Below are positions 18,857-29,994 of a stretch of 64,000 nucleotides of DNA, one piece after another. Position 1 is the first letter of the stretch; each line of letters opens with the position of its first letter. Both the position numbers and the translations under genes were made by a program. Below the pieces are notes generated by a model. That model had not been told where the DNA came from. It ran no database searches and worked only from the letters and a program-made list of their open reading frames with translations. The DNA is from an uncultured virus (IMG/VR IMGVR_UViG_2061766007_000116) (taxonomy: Duplodnaviria; Heunggongvirae; Uroviricota; Caudoviricetes), in the IMG/VR virus record IMGVR_UViG_2061766007_000116. One strand, 5' to 3'.

Positions 18857-21118
18857 TCAGTTAATGCCATAGACGGCGATAATCTGCCCTGAACTGTTCC
18901 GGGCCTTGTACGCCATATAGACCGTGCTGCCGGAGTAGTACAGGTTGAAGGAATAGTAGTAGGATTCGTCGGTGATCTGATACGCCACGGAGCTTGTGGT
19001 CAGTGCCGTCTTCGGGACAATAATCGGTGTTCTGGAGCCGGAAGATGACGGCTGGCCGATGATCACATAAAAGTTGTAGCTACCGTAGGCAAACGTGGCG
19101 CTGCCAGTGGTCATTGTCCCGCTGTAAAGAAGCGTGACCCCGATGCCGAGATTGGACCGCGCCCCAGCAGCGGATGTTGCCCCGGTCCCGCCANNNNNNN
19201 NNNNNNNNNNNNNNNNNNNNAGCGAGATGCTGTCCCACGAATTCCGGTCATAGGCCAGTTTGACGGCGTTTGCCGTTGCCGCGAGAGTGGTGCTTGTGGA
19301 GGCGGTGCTGTTGCTCAGTTTGGTCACGCCGTAATACCCGGTCGTGGCATAGCTCAGCGAAAAACCGACATAGTATGTCCCGTCAAAGATGAACAGGACC
19401 GTCTGCAGGGGCTTCCACGCATAGTTCGGCGGCGTATAGTTGTTGTATGTGACGATATACTTTGCCCCGGTCCCATTGATATTGAGCCTCGGCTGGGACG
19501 CGCTGTTGGAGTTGGTGAATTTCACAGCAACGACTGTTCCCGTAGTCAGTGTGAAAGACCCGCTTGCAGTGGCGACTTTATCCTGTTCATCAACGGCTGA
19601 GTCACAGGATGCGTAGACAAGGCCCCCGGCAGGCTTTGACCGGAGGAACGCCTCCAGCAGCATGCCATAGACTTTTACATCCCAATTCTCGGAAACCTCA
19701 AAGCAGTTATCTGTCTCAGACACCTTGCCCACGGCCAGCCCGGTCCCGCCTGCCTTGAAATCCATCAGGACGGAGGCGGTGGACAGGCTGTCGATGACCG
19801 TGACAGTACCGAAAGCATCGGTCAGCGTGAAGCGGATATCGTAGGAATAATCCACACTGAGGTTGCCGCCGCCGAAGATGAACTGCGTCCCGCTGGTAAA
19901 GGTGACTCCCGCGCTTGTGTAGGAAGTGTCCGTGGATTTCTTATAGGCCACGGCTGTCGTGAGGGTGTTTTTTCCGCTGCAGGACCAATAGCTGAAAGAA
20001 ATAGTGCTCTTGGCATAAGTGCCGTTTGCCGAGGAGGTGCCTGCGCTGGTACACCGCTGTGTGGTATAGCTGTTGAAACGAGGACTGGAGTAAGCCACGA
20101 CGGTGATCGTCACGGTGACCTCATCAGACCAACGGCCCCGGCTGTCGCATACTTTGCCTGTGAAAGTGATTGAGCCAGAAGTGTTCAAAAAGCCTGTAGT
20201 GACGGAGGATTGCGTAGAGGAAACGCCTCCGCCCGTAATGCTGTATGCGGTGATCGTCGATCCGCTGGCCCCGGCTGCTCCATTGAGCGTCAGGGTCGCT
20301 TTTGATTTGTACTGCACATAGATGCCCCAGCTTGACGGGACTGTCCCATCCACCCTCGTTGCCGTGATTGAGGTCAGGGTAGGCTTGATGGATGCCGGGA
20401 CATACAGCGTGACCGTTGCTGTAGATGTGCCGATCAGCGTATTCCCGTTGTATGTGGAACAGGTCAGGGTGCATGTGCCGCTGGTGCTGTTGGGGACCTG
20501 CGCGGCCAGCGAGGTCGGCGGCGTCCATGAAACGGAGGTCGACGAGGTCTTGGTGGCGATGGTCCCGGTCGCGCTACCAAAGGCATAGGTCAATGTATGC
20601 GTGAACGAGGAGGATGCGCGGGTAATGGTAATCGTCCCCGCAGACCCCATCGTGGTCGCAGGCATGGACACAGAAGATTTCCGGGGGATCGTATGCAGCG
20701 TGACCGTCTGGCTGCTGTTGACGCTCCACCCNNNNNNNNNNNNNNNNNNNNNGTTGGCAGCAATCGAAACAGACTTTGTGCCGTCTGCGTTTCCCGAAAT
20801 AGAGCCGGAGGACCACGGCGCGGCGGGATAACTCGACCCCGATGCCGGGATAATGGGATACCCGGTGTTCTGTGATCCAATCGTGCAGTTGTGCGTACCG
20901 AGCGAAGAGTTGAAGGTAACGACTGTGCTCCCGTTGATGGAGAGCGTTCCGCTGGGGTAATAAGTGAATCCGTACCAGTTGTAGGAAACAAGCTGGCAGG
21001 AAGTGATGCTCACCACATGGGTGTTTGCCGATTCGTTATAGGTTTCGGACCAGTTGATGATGACCGCGAAGTTTTGGGTACCCGACAGTGTAAAGCTGCC
21101 GCTATTTCCAGTTGCCAT
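18857..21118 (-). CDS. Siphovirus tail fibre / receptor-binding protein (DUF859-like)
   Basis: Ser/Thr-rich, TIPRKS motif, fibre repeats GVTKLSNST..S.TLAATANAVK and GGTGATSAAGAR. Confidence 0.8.
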   Translation of the reverse strand: MATGNSGSFTLSGTQNFAVIINWSETYNESANTHVVSITSCQLVSYNWYGFTYYPSGTLSINGSTVVTFNSSLGTHNCTIGSQNTGYPIIPASGSSYPAAPWSSGSISGNADGTKSVSIAANXXXXXXXGWSVNSSQTVTLHTIPRKSSVSMPATTMGSAGTITITRASSSFTHTLTYAFGSATGTIATKTSSTSVSWTPPTSLAAQVPNSTSGTCTLTCSTYNGNTLIGTSTATVTLYVPASIKPTLTSITATRVDGTVPSSWGIYVQYKSKATLTLNGAAGASGSTITAYSITGGGVSSTQSSVTTGFLNTSGSITFTGKVCDSRGRWSDEVTVTITVVAYSSPRFNSYTTQRCTSAGTSSANGTYAKSTISFSYWSCSGKNTLTTAVAYKKSTDTSYTSAGVTFTSGTQFIFGGGNLSVDYSYDIRFTLTDAFGTVTVIDSLSTASVLMDFKAGGTGLAVGKVSETDNCFEVSENWDVKVYGMLLEAFLRSKPAGGLVYASCDSAVDEQDKVATASGSFTLTTGTVVAVKFTNSNSASQPRLNINGTGAKYIVTYNNYTPPNYAWKPLQTVLFIFDGTYYVGFSLSYATTGYYGVTKLSNSTASTSTTLAATANAVKLAYDRNSWDSISXXXXXXXXXXGGTGATSAAGARSNLGIGVTLLYSGTMTTGSATFAYGSYNFYVIIGQPSSSGSRTPIIVPKTALTTSSVAYQITDESYYYSFNLYYSGSTVYMAYKARNSSGQIIAVYGIN

Positions 21119-21131
21119 TGGGCTTCACTCC

Positions 21132-21797
21132 TTACTGCGTGGGATCGCGCCATTGGATTGAGAGGTTGCCCGTAGCGCGGGGGATAAAATCAAACCAGCC
21201 CCTTGCCGCCGTACCGAGGGAGAGCCTGTTGCGGATCTCNNNNNNNNNNNNNNNNNNNNNNNNNNNNNNNNNNNNNNNNNNNNNNNNNNNNNNNNNNNNN
21301 NNNNNNNNNNNNNNNNNNNNNNNNNNNNNNNNNNNNNNNNNNNNNNNNNNNNNNNNNNNNNNNNNNNNNNNNNNAAGGGCCTGATTTGAAATGTATGCGA
21401 TTTCCTGACCGTTTTCTTTGAAGGACAGGCTTTCATTGGAGAGCTCTGCTGTGAAGGCGTTTCCGACCTTACCCAGCTCGATCAGCGCACCACGGAAGCG
21501 GATGTACTCTTCGATCAGGGCAAAGTTGGAGGACATGTTCTCCGTGATCTCATTGGTGATGCTGGTGAAATCCATGCGGATTTCCGAGGATGACTGCGTG
21601 ATGGCCGTCTGGAAATCCTGCTGGATAGCGGACAGTTCGTTCTTGCTGACATAGCTTTCCCGGACGGCGCTTTGAATCTGCTCTGAGGTTTTGGTGATCT
21701 CGGAATAGCACTCCCTGATCTCCACCCGCAGCGCCTCAACGTCCTCCACTTCGGGCAGACTCTGGAATGTGCTCTGGCATGAAGTTACGAGGGGCAT
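21132..21797 (-). CDS. Minor tail protein
   Basis: Coiled coil followed by YIRFRGALIELGK, tail module position. Confidence 0.7.
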   Translation of the reverse strand: MPLVTSCQSTFQSLPEVEDVEALRVEIRECYSEITKTSEQIQSAVRESYVSKNELSAIQQDFQTAITQSSSEIRMDFTSITNEITENMSSNFALIEEYIRFRGALIELGKVGNAFTAELSNESLSFKENGQEIAYISNQALXXXXXXXXXXXXXXXXXXXXXXXXXXXXXXXXXXXXXXXXXXXXXEIRNRLSLGTAARGWFDFIPRATGNLSIQWRDPTQ

Positions 21798-21808
21798 GGC
21801 GCACCTCC

Positions 21809-23614
21809 TCAGTTGGACACGTCACACTGCAGGGTCAGGATGCTGTCGATATCCCCGGCATCGACATAGATGACCTTCCCGGTCTTGTTGAACGTGATGG
21901 GGTTGCCATCCTTGTCCTGCGCGTACCAAGTGTAGGTCATGGCCTGCGTTTCCGTGGCTGCTGCCCATGCCGTGCCGTTGTACTTCATCAGGGTTACGGT
22001 CTTGCCAGTGTGGTCGATCTGATACCAAAAATCCCCGCTGGCTGGGCTGGCCGGGGCAACCTCGCTGATGCTGCCGAGGAGTGGGTCAACCTCTTGCCGG
22101 TTGGTGCGGACGATCACATACGGGACAAGACCGCCCATGCTGTTCTTTACCGTGAAACCGCCGATGGAGAGCATTTCTGACACATACGGGTCAGACTTGT
22201 CCTCCACGGTGATCACGTCCACATAGGATTTGCTGTTGTATGTCATGGTGCAGCGGTAGGACTGGATGTTCACGATTTCCGCGCCAGAGACCGTCAGAGT
22301 CGAAGCTGTCGCGCCGGAAATGTTGACCCATTCGCCTCCGGTGTACTTTGCCCACTGATAGGTCGCACTTGTAATAGCGGTTGACCCGGAGTAAGCAGAG
22401 GTGGCCAGAAGCAGCGATCCGCTCTGATTCTGCACAACTGTGCCGTTGGGGGCGTAAATGGAAAAGACGACAGCGGCAGCTCCGGCGCTGCCTGCCTTGC
22501 CCTTTGTCCATGAGAAGTTCTTTGTGATGCTGATCCCATCCACGGTAAAGGTGAGCGGGACAGTACCCGTCAGCACAGAAGTGCCACCGAGGGTGGAGTC
22601 TTTTGCGAACTTAAGCACGACTGATCCTGCGGTGGTCGCGGTGGCGGGAGTGTTACTCTGGACCGTGATGCCCGTTGCCACAGTGCCGACCACGCATGTG
22701 CAGGCAACCTGCTCAATACCGCTATAGGCGGTGAAGGGAATCGTCACGGTAGTATTTGCGGATACAGCGCCGCCAGAGGTACAGGCAATGACCTGCGCCT
22801 CATTCCCCAGCACGACGGAATAGCCGCCCGGACCTGCTGTGCCGGGATCACCCTTTGAGCCGTCGTAGAGTTTGGAAATGGAAACGGTGTCAAAGACATC
22901 CACGTCGCTGGTCAGGAGCTTGATCTGCGCTACATTGTTCACGAACACAGCATGGCTGGGTTTGACCACAAGGGTGCCGCTGGTGATGCTGGCATTGTCC
23001 GCAGTGGTCGGATAATCCGTCCACACGCCGGAGCTGTTTTTATACTGCCACTTGCTGATCGTGACTCCCTGCACCTGCGCGGTGAGGGTTGCCTGATCCG
23101 CGCCAACGAGAGTGGAGTTGGTATCGTACTTGAACACATAGGTGTCCGCAGTGATATAGGCCAGCTTCGCGTTTTCCGCATTCCGCACCAGCGTATAAGT
23201 GAGGTCCGAAACAATGTTGACTGTGTTATGGGTCTCACTGTCGTAGTAGGAGATGTAGCAGATATAGGTGATCATCCCGGAGGAGGAAGCGGCGAGTTTG
23301 TTCTGATTGACTGTCAGGATGCCGCCCGATGCAGTTTCCCCGGTGGTGAGCGCCGTCTCCGCGCTTGTGCCATCCTTCCGTTTCCAAGTGATCGTCAGGC
23401 CAGTGGAGCCCAGCGGGATGCTGGTCTGATCCAGAAAGACCACGGGCGTCAGGACAAGGTTGGTCGTTGCCCAGCTCGGCGCGTAGGTGTGCGGCAGGAC
23501 ATTCGGGTCCTCACTCTGCGTTTTGGGAAGATTGGATGTGATATAAGCCGAGAGCTTCCGCTGATCAGTAATGTCAACGAAAGTCTGCTGGCTGGATGTT
23601 AGAACGGTGGGCAT
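21809..23614 (-). CDS. Minor tail / baseplate protein with Ig-like repeats
   Basis: TITWKR, SKWQYK, TYQWAK, YTWY motifs. Confidence 0.7.
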   Translation of the reverse strand: MPTVLTSSQQTFVDITDQRKLSAYITSNLPKTQSEDPNVLPHTYAPSWATTNLVLTPVVFLDQTSIPLGSTGLTITWKRKDGTSAETALTTGETASGGILTVNQNKLAASSSGMITYICYISYYDSETHNTVNIVSDLTYTLVRNAENAKLAYITADTYVFKYDTNSTLVGADQATLTAQVQGVTISKWQYKNSSGVWTDYPTTADNASITSGTLVVKPSHAVFVNNVAQIKLLTSDVDVFDTVSISKLYDGSKGDPGTAGPGGYSVVLGNEAQVIACTSGGAVSANTTVTIPFTAYSGIEQVACTCVVGTVATGITVQSNTPATATTAGSVVLKFAKDSTLGGTSVLTGTVPLTFTVDGISITKNFSWTKGKAGSAGAAAVVFSIYAPNGTVVQNQSGSLLLATSAYSGSTAITSATYQWAKYTGGEWVNISGATASTLTVSGAEIVNIQSYRCTMTYNSKSYVDVITVEDKSDPYVSEMLSIGGFTVKNSMGGLVPYVIVRTNRQEVDPLLGSISEVAPASPASGDFWYQIDHTGKTVTLMKYNGTAWAAATETQAMTYTWYAQDKDGNPITFNKTGKVIYVDAGDIDSILTLQCDVSN

Positions 23615-23624
23615 GGCTTCCTCC

Positions 23625-25082
23625 TTAAACTGTAACTTCACAGTAGAACGACGCGTTGTCAGTGACGTCCTCCGTGGTGATGGTGACTTGTTTCATGCCT
23701 GTATGGGCGGCGTCCCACTCGGCATCTGCTGTGAGATTATATGACTGCCGATGCCATGCGAAAGCAGAGGCATCAAGGGTTGCTGTGATATCCTCGTCCC
23801 ATGAGAACACCTTGCAGCGCATGGTGCTCCGCTGGCCTTTGTCCCGGAAAATGCTGACCCCTTCGGTAATGATCTCCACCCGGTACATCTTGGACGCTTC
23901 GATATCGTCCACCTTCCCGGAAATGACTTCGATTTTGGAGTTTTGGCCCAAGAGGTCCTCCTCCAGATCAGAGACAGCATTGGTCTGCTTGGCAGCAAGC
24001 GAAGTCAGTGTTACGCTGGTGGCCCCGATGGTGATTGTGTTGCCAGCAGGGTTGAGGTAATCCCGCGTCCGGGCAACACACAGGTATCTGCCCTCGATCC
24101 CGTGGGGCGGCGAGGTGCAGTCAACATACTGCCGAGCATGGATGTCCCCGATATCGGCCCCGGTGTCAGACTCATCCACAATGGTGAGCTCCATGCTGGT
24201 GACGCCTTCAACCAGCTCCGCAAGACGGGCCTGCGCTTTCCGCAGAAGGTTATATGGAATGGTCACATTCTCCCAAACCTCTGTGCGCCAGACCCAGCCA
24301 ATTTCAGCCACGGCATCAGGATCGTAGATATAATTCACACCGCCGTTGACTGAGGAAATGTCCACACGCCTGTCCGTTTCGATCTCTTGGCCTTCGGCAT
24401 CCGTCTCCTTGATAGTGGCCCCCTGCGGCAGCAGCGCAGAAATACGCTGCATATGGTCACGGGTGATCTTCACATCCAGTAGGTTTTTCCCATATTCGAC
24501 CGTCTGCACAGACGCAGTGGTGAAGTCCTCCAGATAATCCAGATACTTGGTATCCCCGGAATAGCGGACGGCAAGGTAGCCGCCGTGTGTTTTGATGAGC
24601 TTATCCCGGATCGCATCCAGCGTGACAGAGTATGCGCTGTTGCTGTATGCGACATAGTCGTTGTCGTCGGTGACCGTGACATTGCCGAGAACAAACTGTT
24701 TCTTGGCCTCCACGGTCGCGTTGTGGTTGGTGAGGAACAGCTCCAGCAGGCCCCGGAGCGTCCCCTGATAGGAGTAGGGCGGCTGGACAGTGTCCTTCAG
24801 GTACGCAAGGCAGGACTCGCAGTTCCATGTATGGGTGTTATAGAAATCGCTGCCGTCGTCCAGCGCCCTGCCCTCGAAAACCACCTCATTTCCTTTTTTG
24901 CAAACGATAGTGGAAGCGATGGGCTTAATGGCATGAAGATAGGGGTGGCTGAACGGCGCGGAAAGCGTCAGGCAATCGATGTTCTCAGCATCCTCCTGCA
25001 CCTGCGCCTGCGTGATAGCCAGTTTCGACATCTGCGGATGATAGAACAGAGCGCCGTCCACATAGATGCGAAACAGCTTCAT
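23625..25082 (-). CDS. Tail spike / Tal (prophage tail endopeptidase family)
   Basis: CESCLAYLKD, VEYGKNLLD, follows Dit. Confidence 0.8.
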   Translation of the reverse strand: MKLFRIYVDGALFYHPQMSKLAITQAQVQEDAENIDCLTLSAPFSHPYLHAIKPIASTIVCKKGNEVVFEGRALDDGSDFYNTHTWNCESCLAYLKDTVQPPYSYQGTLRGLLELFLTNHNATVEAKKQFVLGNVTVTDDNDYVAYSNSAYSVTLDAIRDKLIKTHGGYLAVRYSGDTKYLDYLEDFTTASVQTVEYGKNLLDVKITRDHMQRISALLPQGATIKETDAEGQEIETDRRVDISSVNGGVNYIYDPDAVAEIGWVWRTEVWENVTIPYNLLRKAQARLAELVEGVTSMELTIVDESDTGADIGDIHARQYVDCTSPPHGIEGRYLCVARTRDYLNPAGNTITIGATSVTLTSLAAKQTNAVSDLEEDLLGQNSKIEVISGKVDDIEASKMYRVEIITEGVSIFRDKGQRSTMRCKVFSWDEDITATLDASAFAWHRQSYNLTADAEWDAAHTGMKQVTITTEDVTDNASFYCEVTV

Positions 25083-25729
25083 AATCTGCCCTCCCGATAA
25101 GTGAAGGTAGTGGTCCCGCTCCCGGTGATGGAGATCGAGTTATTTCCGGGGGCCAGCTCCAGCTCCGGGAACTCCCATGTTCCGGCGCTGACCGATTTGC
25201 GGAAAGTATCACTCCCGACCGTCCAAGCGAAAGCCGTCTCAGCCGTGGTCGTGATGACCGGGACCACAGGCATATAGTCGTTGGTGAGGATCACAGTCCC
25301 GCTCCCGGTAATGGACACGACCGTTTCCTCCACGTAATAGCGATAGGCATCGGCATCTGTGCTGGAAAGCACGAGCGTGCCTTTCCCGGTGAGCGGCGCA
25401 TAGCTGGGCGCTGCTTCGACGGTCCCGACATAATACAGGGAGGGGTCCTCTGTGCATATGACCTGCACGAGCTTCCCGGCGAATCGGTTGACCGCTTCAC
25501 TGGCCATCAGGTCAAAAGCGGCGCGGGAGCCGAGCATGGTAAATGTAAGGTCAAAGGTGCGGGGCTTATATGAGACGCGGCCCAGCGCCTCGGTGTACCG
25601 GATCGGGGAATTCCTCCCCGGCACCACGAGGACTTCGGACTGTGACTGCGGAGCGGAGAAATCCACCGACTCCCGCAGCCAGCCCAATGAAAGCATGGAA
25701 ATGCCGTTGATCTTGATATCAGGTTTCAT
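25079..25729 (-). CDS. Distal tail protein (Dit)
   Basis: VPGRNS motif and ELAPGNNSISITG, follows the tape measure gene. Confidence 0.8.
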   Translation of the reverse strand: MKPDIKINGISMLSLGWLRESVDFSAPQSQSEVLVVPGRNSPIRYTEALGRVSYKPRTFDLTFTMLGSRAAFDLMASEAVNRFAGKLVQVICTEDPSLYYVGTVEAAPSYAPLTGKGTLVLSSTDADAYRYYVEETVVSITGSGTVILTNDYMPVVPVITTTAETAFAWTVGSDTFRKSVSAGTWEFPELELAPGNNSISITGSGTTTFTYREGRL

Positions 25730-28147
25730 AGGCTCAACCTCTCATTCAGCTTCTGGCTCTGGCCGAGCCTGTTGTCGATGACCGGAAGCAGATGCCCGAC
25801 CAGCGTACCGTCATCGAGGTAAATGCCTTTGCCGCTGTTGGCAGCGATGATGGAGAGGTACTTTTCCATGCTGCCCATATTCAGCTTTTCAGAGAGCATC
25901 GCTTCGAGCTGCTTATAGAATCCGCTCAAAGGCAGGATCGCCTCGGCCCCGGACTCCCCGCCAGCCATCAGCGCACTGCCGTTCAAGCCGAAAATCGTCG
26001 GCTTGGTCATGATGCCGCCCTGTTTGTACCACTCGATGGAGAGGTGCGGGACGCTGGGCGGTGAGATGGACAGGGTGCCGGAAACTTTGAAATGCGGCAG
26101 CTTGATATGTGGGAGCTGCAGCGTCAGGTTGGAGAAAAAGCCCTTGATCGCGTCGATCACGGAACGGACCTTGTCCCGCGCCGCCTCGATTGGCGTGATG
26201 ATCGCGGATTTGATCCCGTTCCAGACACTTGTGGCCGTGCTCTTGATCCCGTTAAACACGCTGGTGACGGTGCTTTTCACTGAATTGAACACGGTGCTGA
26301 CTGTATTTCTGATCCCGTCCACGACGGTAGAGATTGCAGTCTTTATACCGTTCCAGATCGTGGTGGCTGTGGTCTGGATCGCCGTGAAAACCGTTGTCAC
26401 GACTGTTTTTACGGCATTGATCTGCGTGGTCACGGTCGAGACGATTGCATTCCATATGCCGGAGAAAAATGCCGTGATGCCGTTCCAGATGGTTTCAAAG
26501 AACGACTTTACGCTGGTCCATACCTCTTGCCAGCTTGTGCCAAACCAGCCGAGCACGGTATCCGCGAGGGAAACGATCAAATTCAGGAAGTTGTCGAACA
26601 GGGCTGTGATGCCTTCCCATATGCCGGAAAAAACCTCTTTGACCCCTTCCCACATTTGGGACCAGTTCCCGGTGAACAGGCCAATGAAAATATCCAGCAG
26701 CCCGGTGATCACATCCAGCACTGTTCCCAGCACCGTGGAGATCACATTGAAAGCCGCCTCAAAGATCGGGGCGAGGAACTGGCAGAAGCCGTCCCATATG
26801 GCTTTCAGGACGTCCACGATGGAGCCGAAGTCAAATCCCAGCGTGTTGAGGCGGTCCACGATCCCTTGGCAGAAGGCTTGGATCTTGGCGACAATACCTT
26901 CCCAAATGGCGGTGATCGCAGCGCGGAACTCCTCATTGGTGTCCCATAGATGCTTGAAGGCTGCGATCAGGACGGCGATGATCGCCACAATAGCAATGAC
27001 GGGAGCAGAGATGCCGCCGAGGGCAGCACCGAGCTTCCCAAATACACCTGTGCCTGCCTTGACAGCCACGCCCAGCTTTTTCACGCCGGACGCCAGCTTG
27101 ACAAAGCCCTGCATGGCCACACCCACTTTGGATATGACCGTGCCGATAATAACCAGCAGAGGGCCAAGCGCGGCAACCATCAGGCCGATGGTCAGGATCG
27201 CCTTGCGCTGGCCCTCGCTCATGTTGTTGAGCTTATCTATAAATGCCTGAATCCTCGTGACGATTGCGCGGATCGCAGGCATGAGCATTTCACCGAAGGA
27301 GATCGCCAGCTCCTGAAGCTGGGATTTCAGGATGGTGAGCTGGCCAGCAAGGTTGTCCTGCATTGTCTCAGCCATCTGCGCGGCGGTCCCGTCACAGTTG
27401 GCGATAGCGGTGGAGAGTTTTTCAATATCCCCCTCGCCAGCATTCATCAGGGCAAGGAAGCCGGACATGGCATTCTTGCCCACGAGGGCCTCGGCTGCAG
27501 CGGCCTGCTCGGATTCCGAGAGCTGGCTGAAAGCGCCACGGCAATCCGCAAGGATATCCGAGAGGTCGCGCATGGACCCGTCCGCATTGGTAGTCGCAAT
27601 CGTGACCTCGCCCAGCGCGGAGCCGGAGAGCTTGATGTCCCCGGTCAGGTTGTTCATGATGGTGCGGAGGGCAGTACCAGCCTGAGAGCCCTTGATGCCA
27701 GCGTTGGCCATGAGGCCGATGGCTTGGGCTGTGTCCTCCGCGCTGAATCCCAGCGCACCAGCGATAGGCGCACAGTATTTGAAGGTTTCACCCATCATGC
27801 TAACGTTGGTGTTCGCGTTAGAGCTCGCGGCGGCAAGAATATCCGCAAAGTGGCCGGAGTCCTCTGCCGAGAGCCCGAAGGCCGTCAGCGCGTCAGTAAC
27901 GATGTCCGATGTGGTGGCAAGGTCCTCGCCGGAGGCGGCAGCGAGATTCATAATGCCCTCGATGCCTTCCAGCATATCCTCGGTCTTCCAGCCTGCCATT
28001 GCCATGTAGGTCATGGCATCAGCGGCTTCAGAAGCGGAGAACTTGGTCTTGGCCCCCATCTCACGGGCCTTATCCCGCAGGGCATCCAGATCATCCCCGG
28101 TAGCGCCGGAAATGGCGGCAACCTTGCTCATGGAGGAGTCAAAGTCA
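25726..28147 (-). CDS. Tape measure protein, main part (TP901 family)
   Basis: FDSSMSKVAAISGA...AREMGAKTKFSA, Trp-periodic repeats, AGGESGAEAILPL. Confidence 0.93.
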
Positions 28148-28157
28148 NNNNNNNNNN

Positions 28158-28435
28158 CTTTCGCTCTCGATCCAGACTTCTGTTTTGTCATAAAAAATGC
28201 CGCGCCCATCCAGCACGGCTTCGATATGCTGTTCCAGCTCCGGGTCCTTCAGGTCGGTGTACAGCTCGATATGGACCATAGTGGCTTTGAAGAACACCCG
28301 GCCATCGGCGGCAAAGTTGTCGCTGCCGGGGAGCATGAAACAGATAAAGGGAGGCTCCGGCGATTCACCTTCCGCAAAGTGGTCGTAGGCAAAAGGAAGC
28401 CGGATGGCCTCCATGATCTCGGTAATGTTATCCAT
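28158..28435 (-). CDS. Tail terminator/completion protein (misplaced fragment; C-terminus at 30578-30623)
   Basis: FAYDHF...IELYTD...WIESE, continued by LYEVLYSFEMEVSQ* next to the major tail protein gene. Confidence 0.75.
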
Positions 28436-28811
28436 TTCGGACGCTCCTCTCGATCTCCCGCTCCAGCTCCTCAATGCCCTCTGCCTCCGCTGCGGCAATA
28501 TGGGGCCTCGCTGAGACCCTGCCGCCGCCGCGCTTGGCATGGCCGTGCTCCAGCAGATGCGCCAGTTGGTAGCGGTTGCGGGAATGGACTGTGATCTCAA
28601 GAGCATGGGAGTTTTCGCCTGTGGTCTTTGTGGCCCAGCTCTTTGCATACTTTCCGGTACGCACGGGAGCCCCGGCTTCGATGCCTTCCTTCACCGTCTT
28701 GGCGGCTTTGCGGACGGCGTTTTTCACACCGTCGGTGGTCGTATCGGCATAATCCTCCAGCTCTTTCATTACGGCTGCGGCGAGCTGGTCTGCCGTGATC
28801 CGCGTTCCCAT
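28428..28811 (-). CDS. HK97 gp10 family tail component
   Basis: APVRTGKYAKSW...LAHLLEHGH. Confidence 0.88.
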   Translation of the reverse strand: MGTRITADQLAAAVMKELEDYADTTTDGVKNAVRKAAKTVKEGIEAGAPVRTGKYAKSWATKTTGENSHALEITVHSRNRYQLAHLLEHGHAKRGGGRVSARPHIAAAEAEGIEELEREIERSVRNG

Positions 28812-28959
28812 CAGCGCCTCGCTTTCTTGCACAGGAGCTTGATGCCCTTGTTCTTATAGTTCATGTGGTTCACGCCGAGGATATCGTAGATCTCGCCGCC
28901 CATCAGGACCCGGTACCCGGTAGAGCTGATTGCGGCAGCGGCAATGCAGTAGCGGATGG
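28811..28959 (-). CDS. Head-tail adaptor, C-terminal fragment
   Basis: IRYC...GYRVLMGGEIYDILGVNHMNYK. Confidence 0.7.
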
Positions 28960-28969
28960 NNNNNNNNNN

Positions 28970-29425
28970 AGATGCAGGCATGATTGCTTTCCCGGCGCTG
29001 GTAACAGAATCACCGAAAGCCTCAACCTTTTTGCCTGCCTCGTCGATCTTGGCAAGCGCTGTGCTGGTGGTCGCGGCTTCCTGCTGCAGGCGGCGCAGCT
29101 CCTCTTCGGTCTCGATGATCTCACGCTGCAGGGCATCGTATTTGTCCTGACCGAGATCGCCGTTTTCGAGCTGCTGCTTTGCCTGCGCCTGCGCATCCTT
29201 CAGGGCGTCCAGCTTCTCCTTCGTGGCACCGATGGCATCTTTCAGGAGCCGCTGTTTCTGTGAAAGAAGCTCTGTATTGGAGGGGTCCAGTTTCAGAAGG
29301 CGGTTGACGTCTTTGAGCGCAGACTGTGTGTTTTTGATTGAGCTGTTGACAGACTTGAGCGCCTTTTCCAGCCCTGTGGTATCACCGCCGATCTCGACGG
29401 TAATGCCCTTGATGCGTCCAGCCAA
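28970..29425 (-). CDS. Tape measure protein, N-terminal fragment
   Basis: MAGRIKGITVEIGGDTTGL...LLKLDPSNTELL. Confidence 0.88.
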
Positions 29426-29443
29426 AACGGTCGCCTCCCCTCA

Positions 29444-29994
29444 TCAGAATTTGTCGAAGTCCTCCTGCTCCGCCAGCCGGGTATCCGGGCCATCGCCGTC
29501 TTCAAGGCCGTCGTTGCCTTTTTCCGTCCAGATGTCCAGCACCATCCCGATAGTCAGGAGGTCAAGGTCATACAGGGACAGGCCGATTTCCAGACAGCGG
29601 AGCAGGAACAGCGGCGTGGTTATCTCACGGGCGCTGGGCTTCCGTTTTTTTTAGATTCGATGTCCGTCACAAGGTTGGTACCCCACAGCTCCAGAATCTC
29701 CGGGAGGATTTCATAGATGGAGAACATCTCGAATTCATCCAGCCAGTCATCAATGGTGCCGGGGATGCTGTGGTCGGCATGGTAGGCCATGATATAGGCC
29801 ACGTTCTCGAAGATCTCCAGATCCTCGATCTGAATCTCGGTACCGTCCTCGTTCTTGCCTTTGTAAGAGGACTCCAGCTTGGACAGGTCCTTGAAAATGT
29901 CCCGCTTGAACTTAATCCGGTACAGGCGCGGGATCGCGGCAGAGGCACGGAAGCGTACCTCTTTGCCGCTGACCATGACAGTTTTCTCAAGCAT
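29444..29994 (-). CDS. Tail assembly chaperone G (stop at 29620) and -1 frameshifted G-T extension (stop at 29444)
   Basis: Slippery A AAA AAC at 29644-29650. The -1 frame reads REITTPLFLLRCLEIGL...QEDFDKF*. Confidence 0.8.

Noticed and set aside
17540..21118. Diversity-generating retroelement targeting the tail fibre
   Set aside because: No reverse transcriptase and no template/variable repeat pair were seen in the window.
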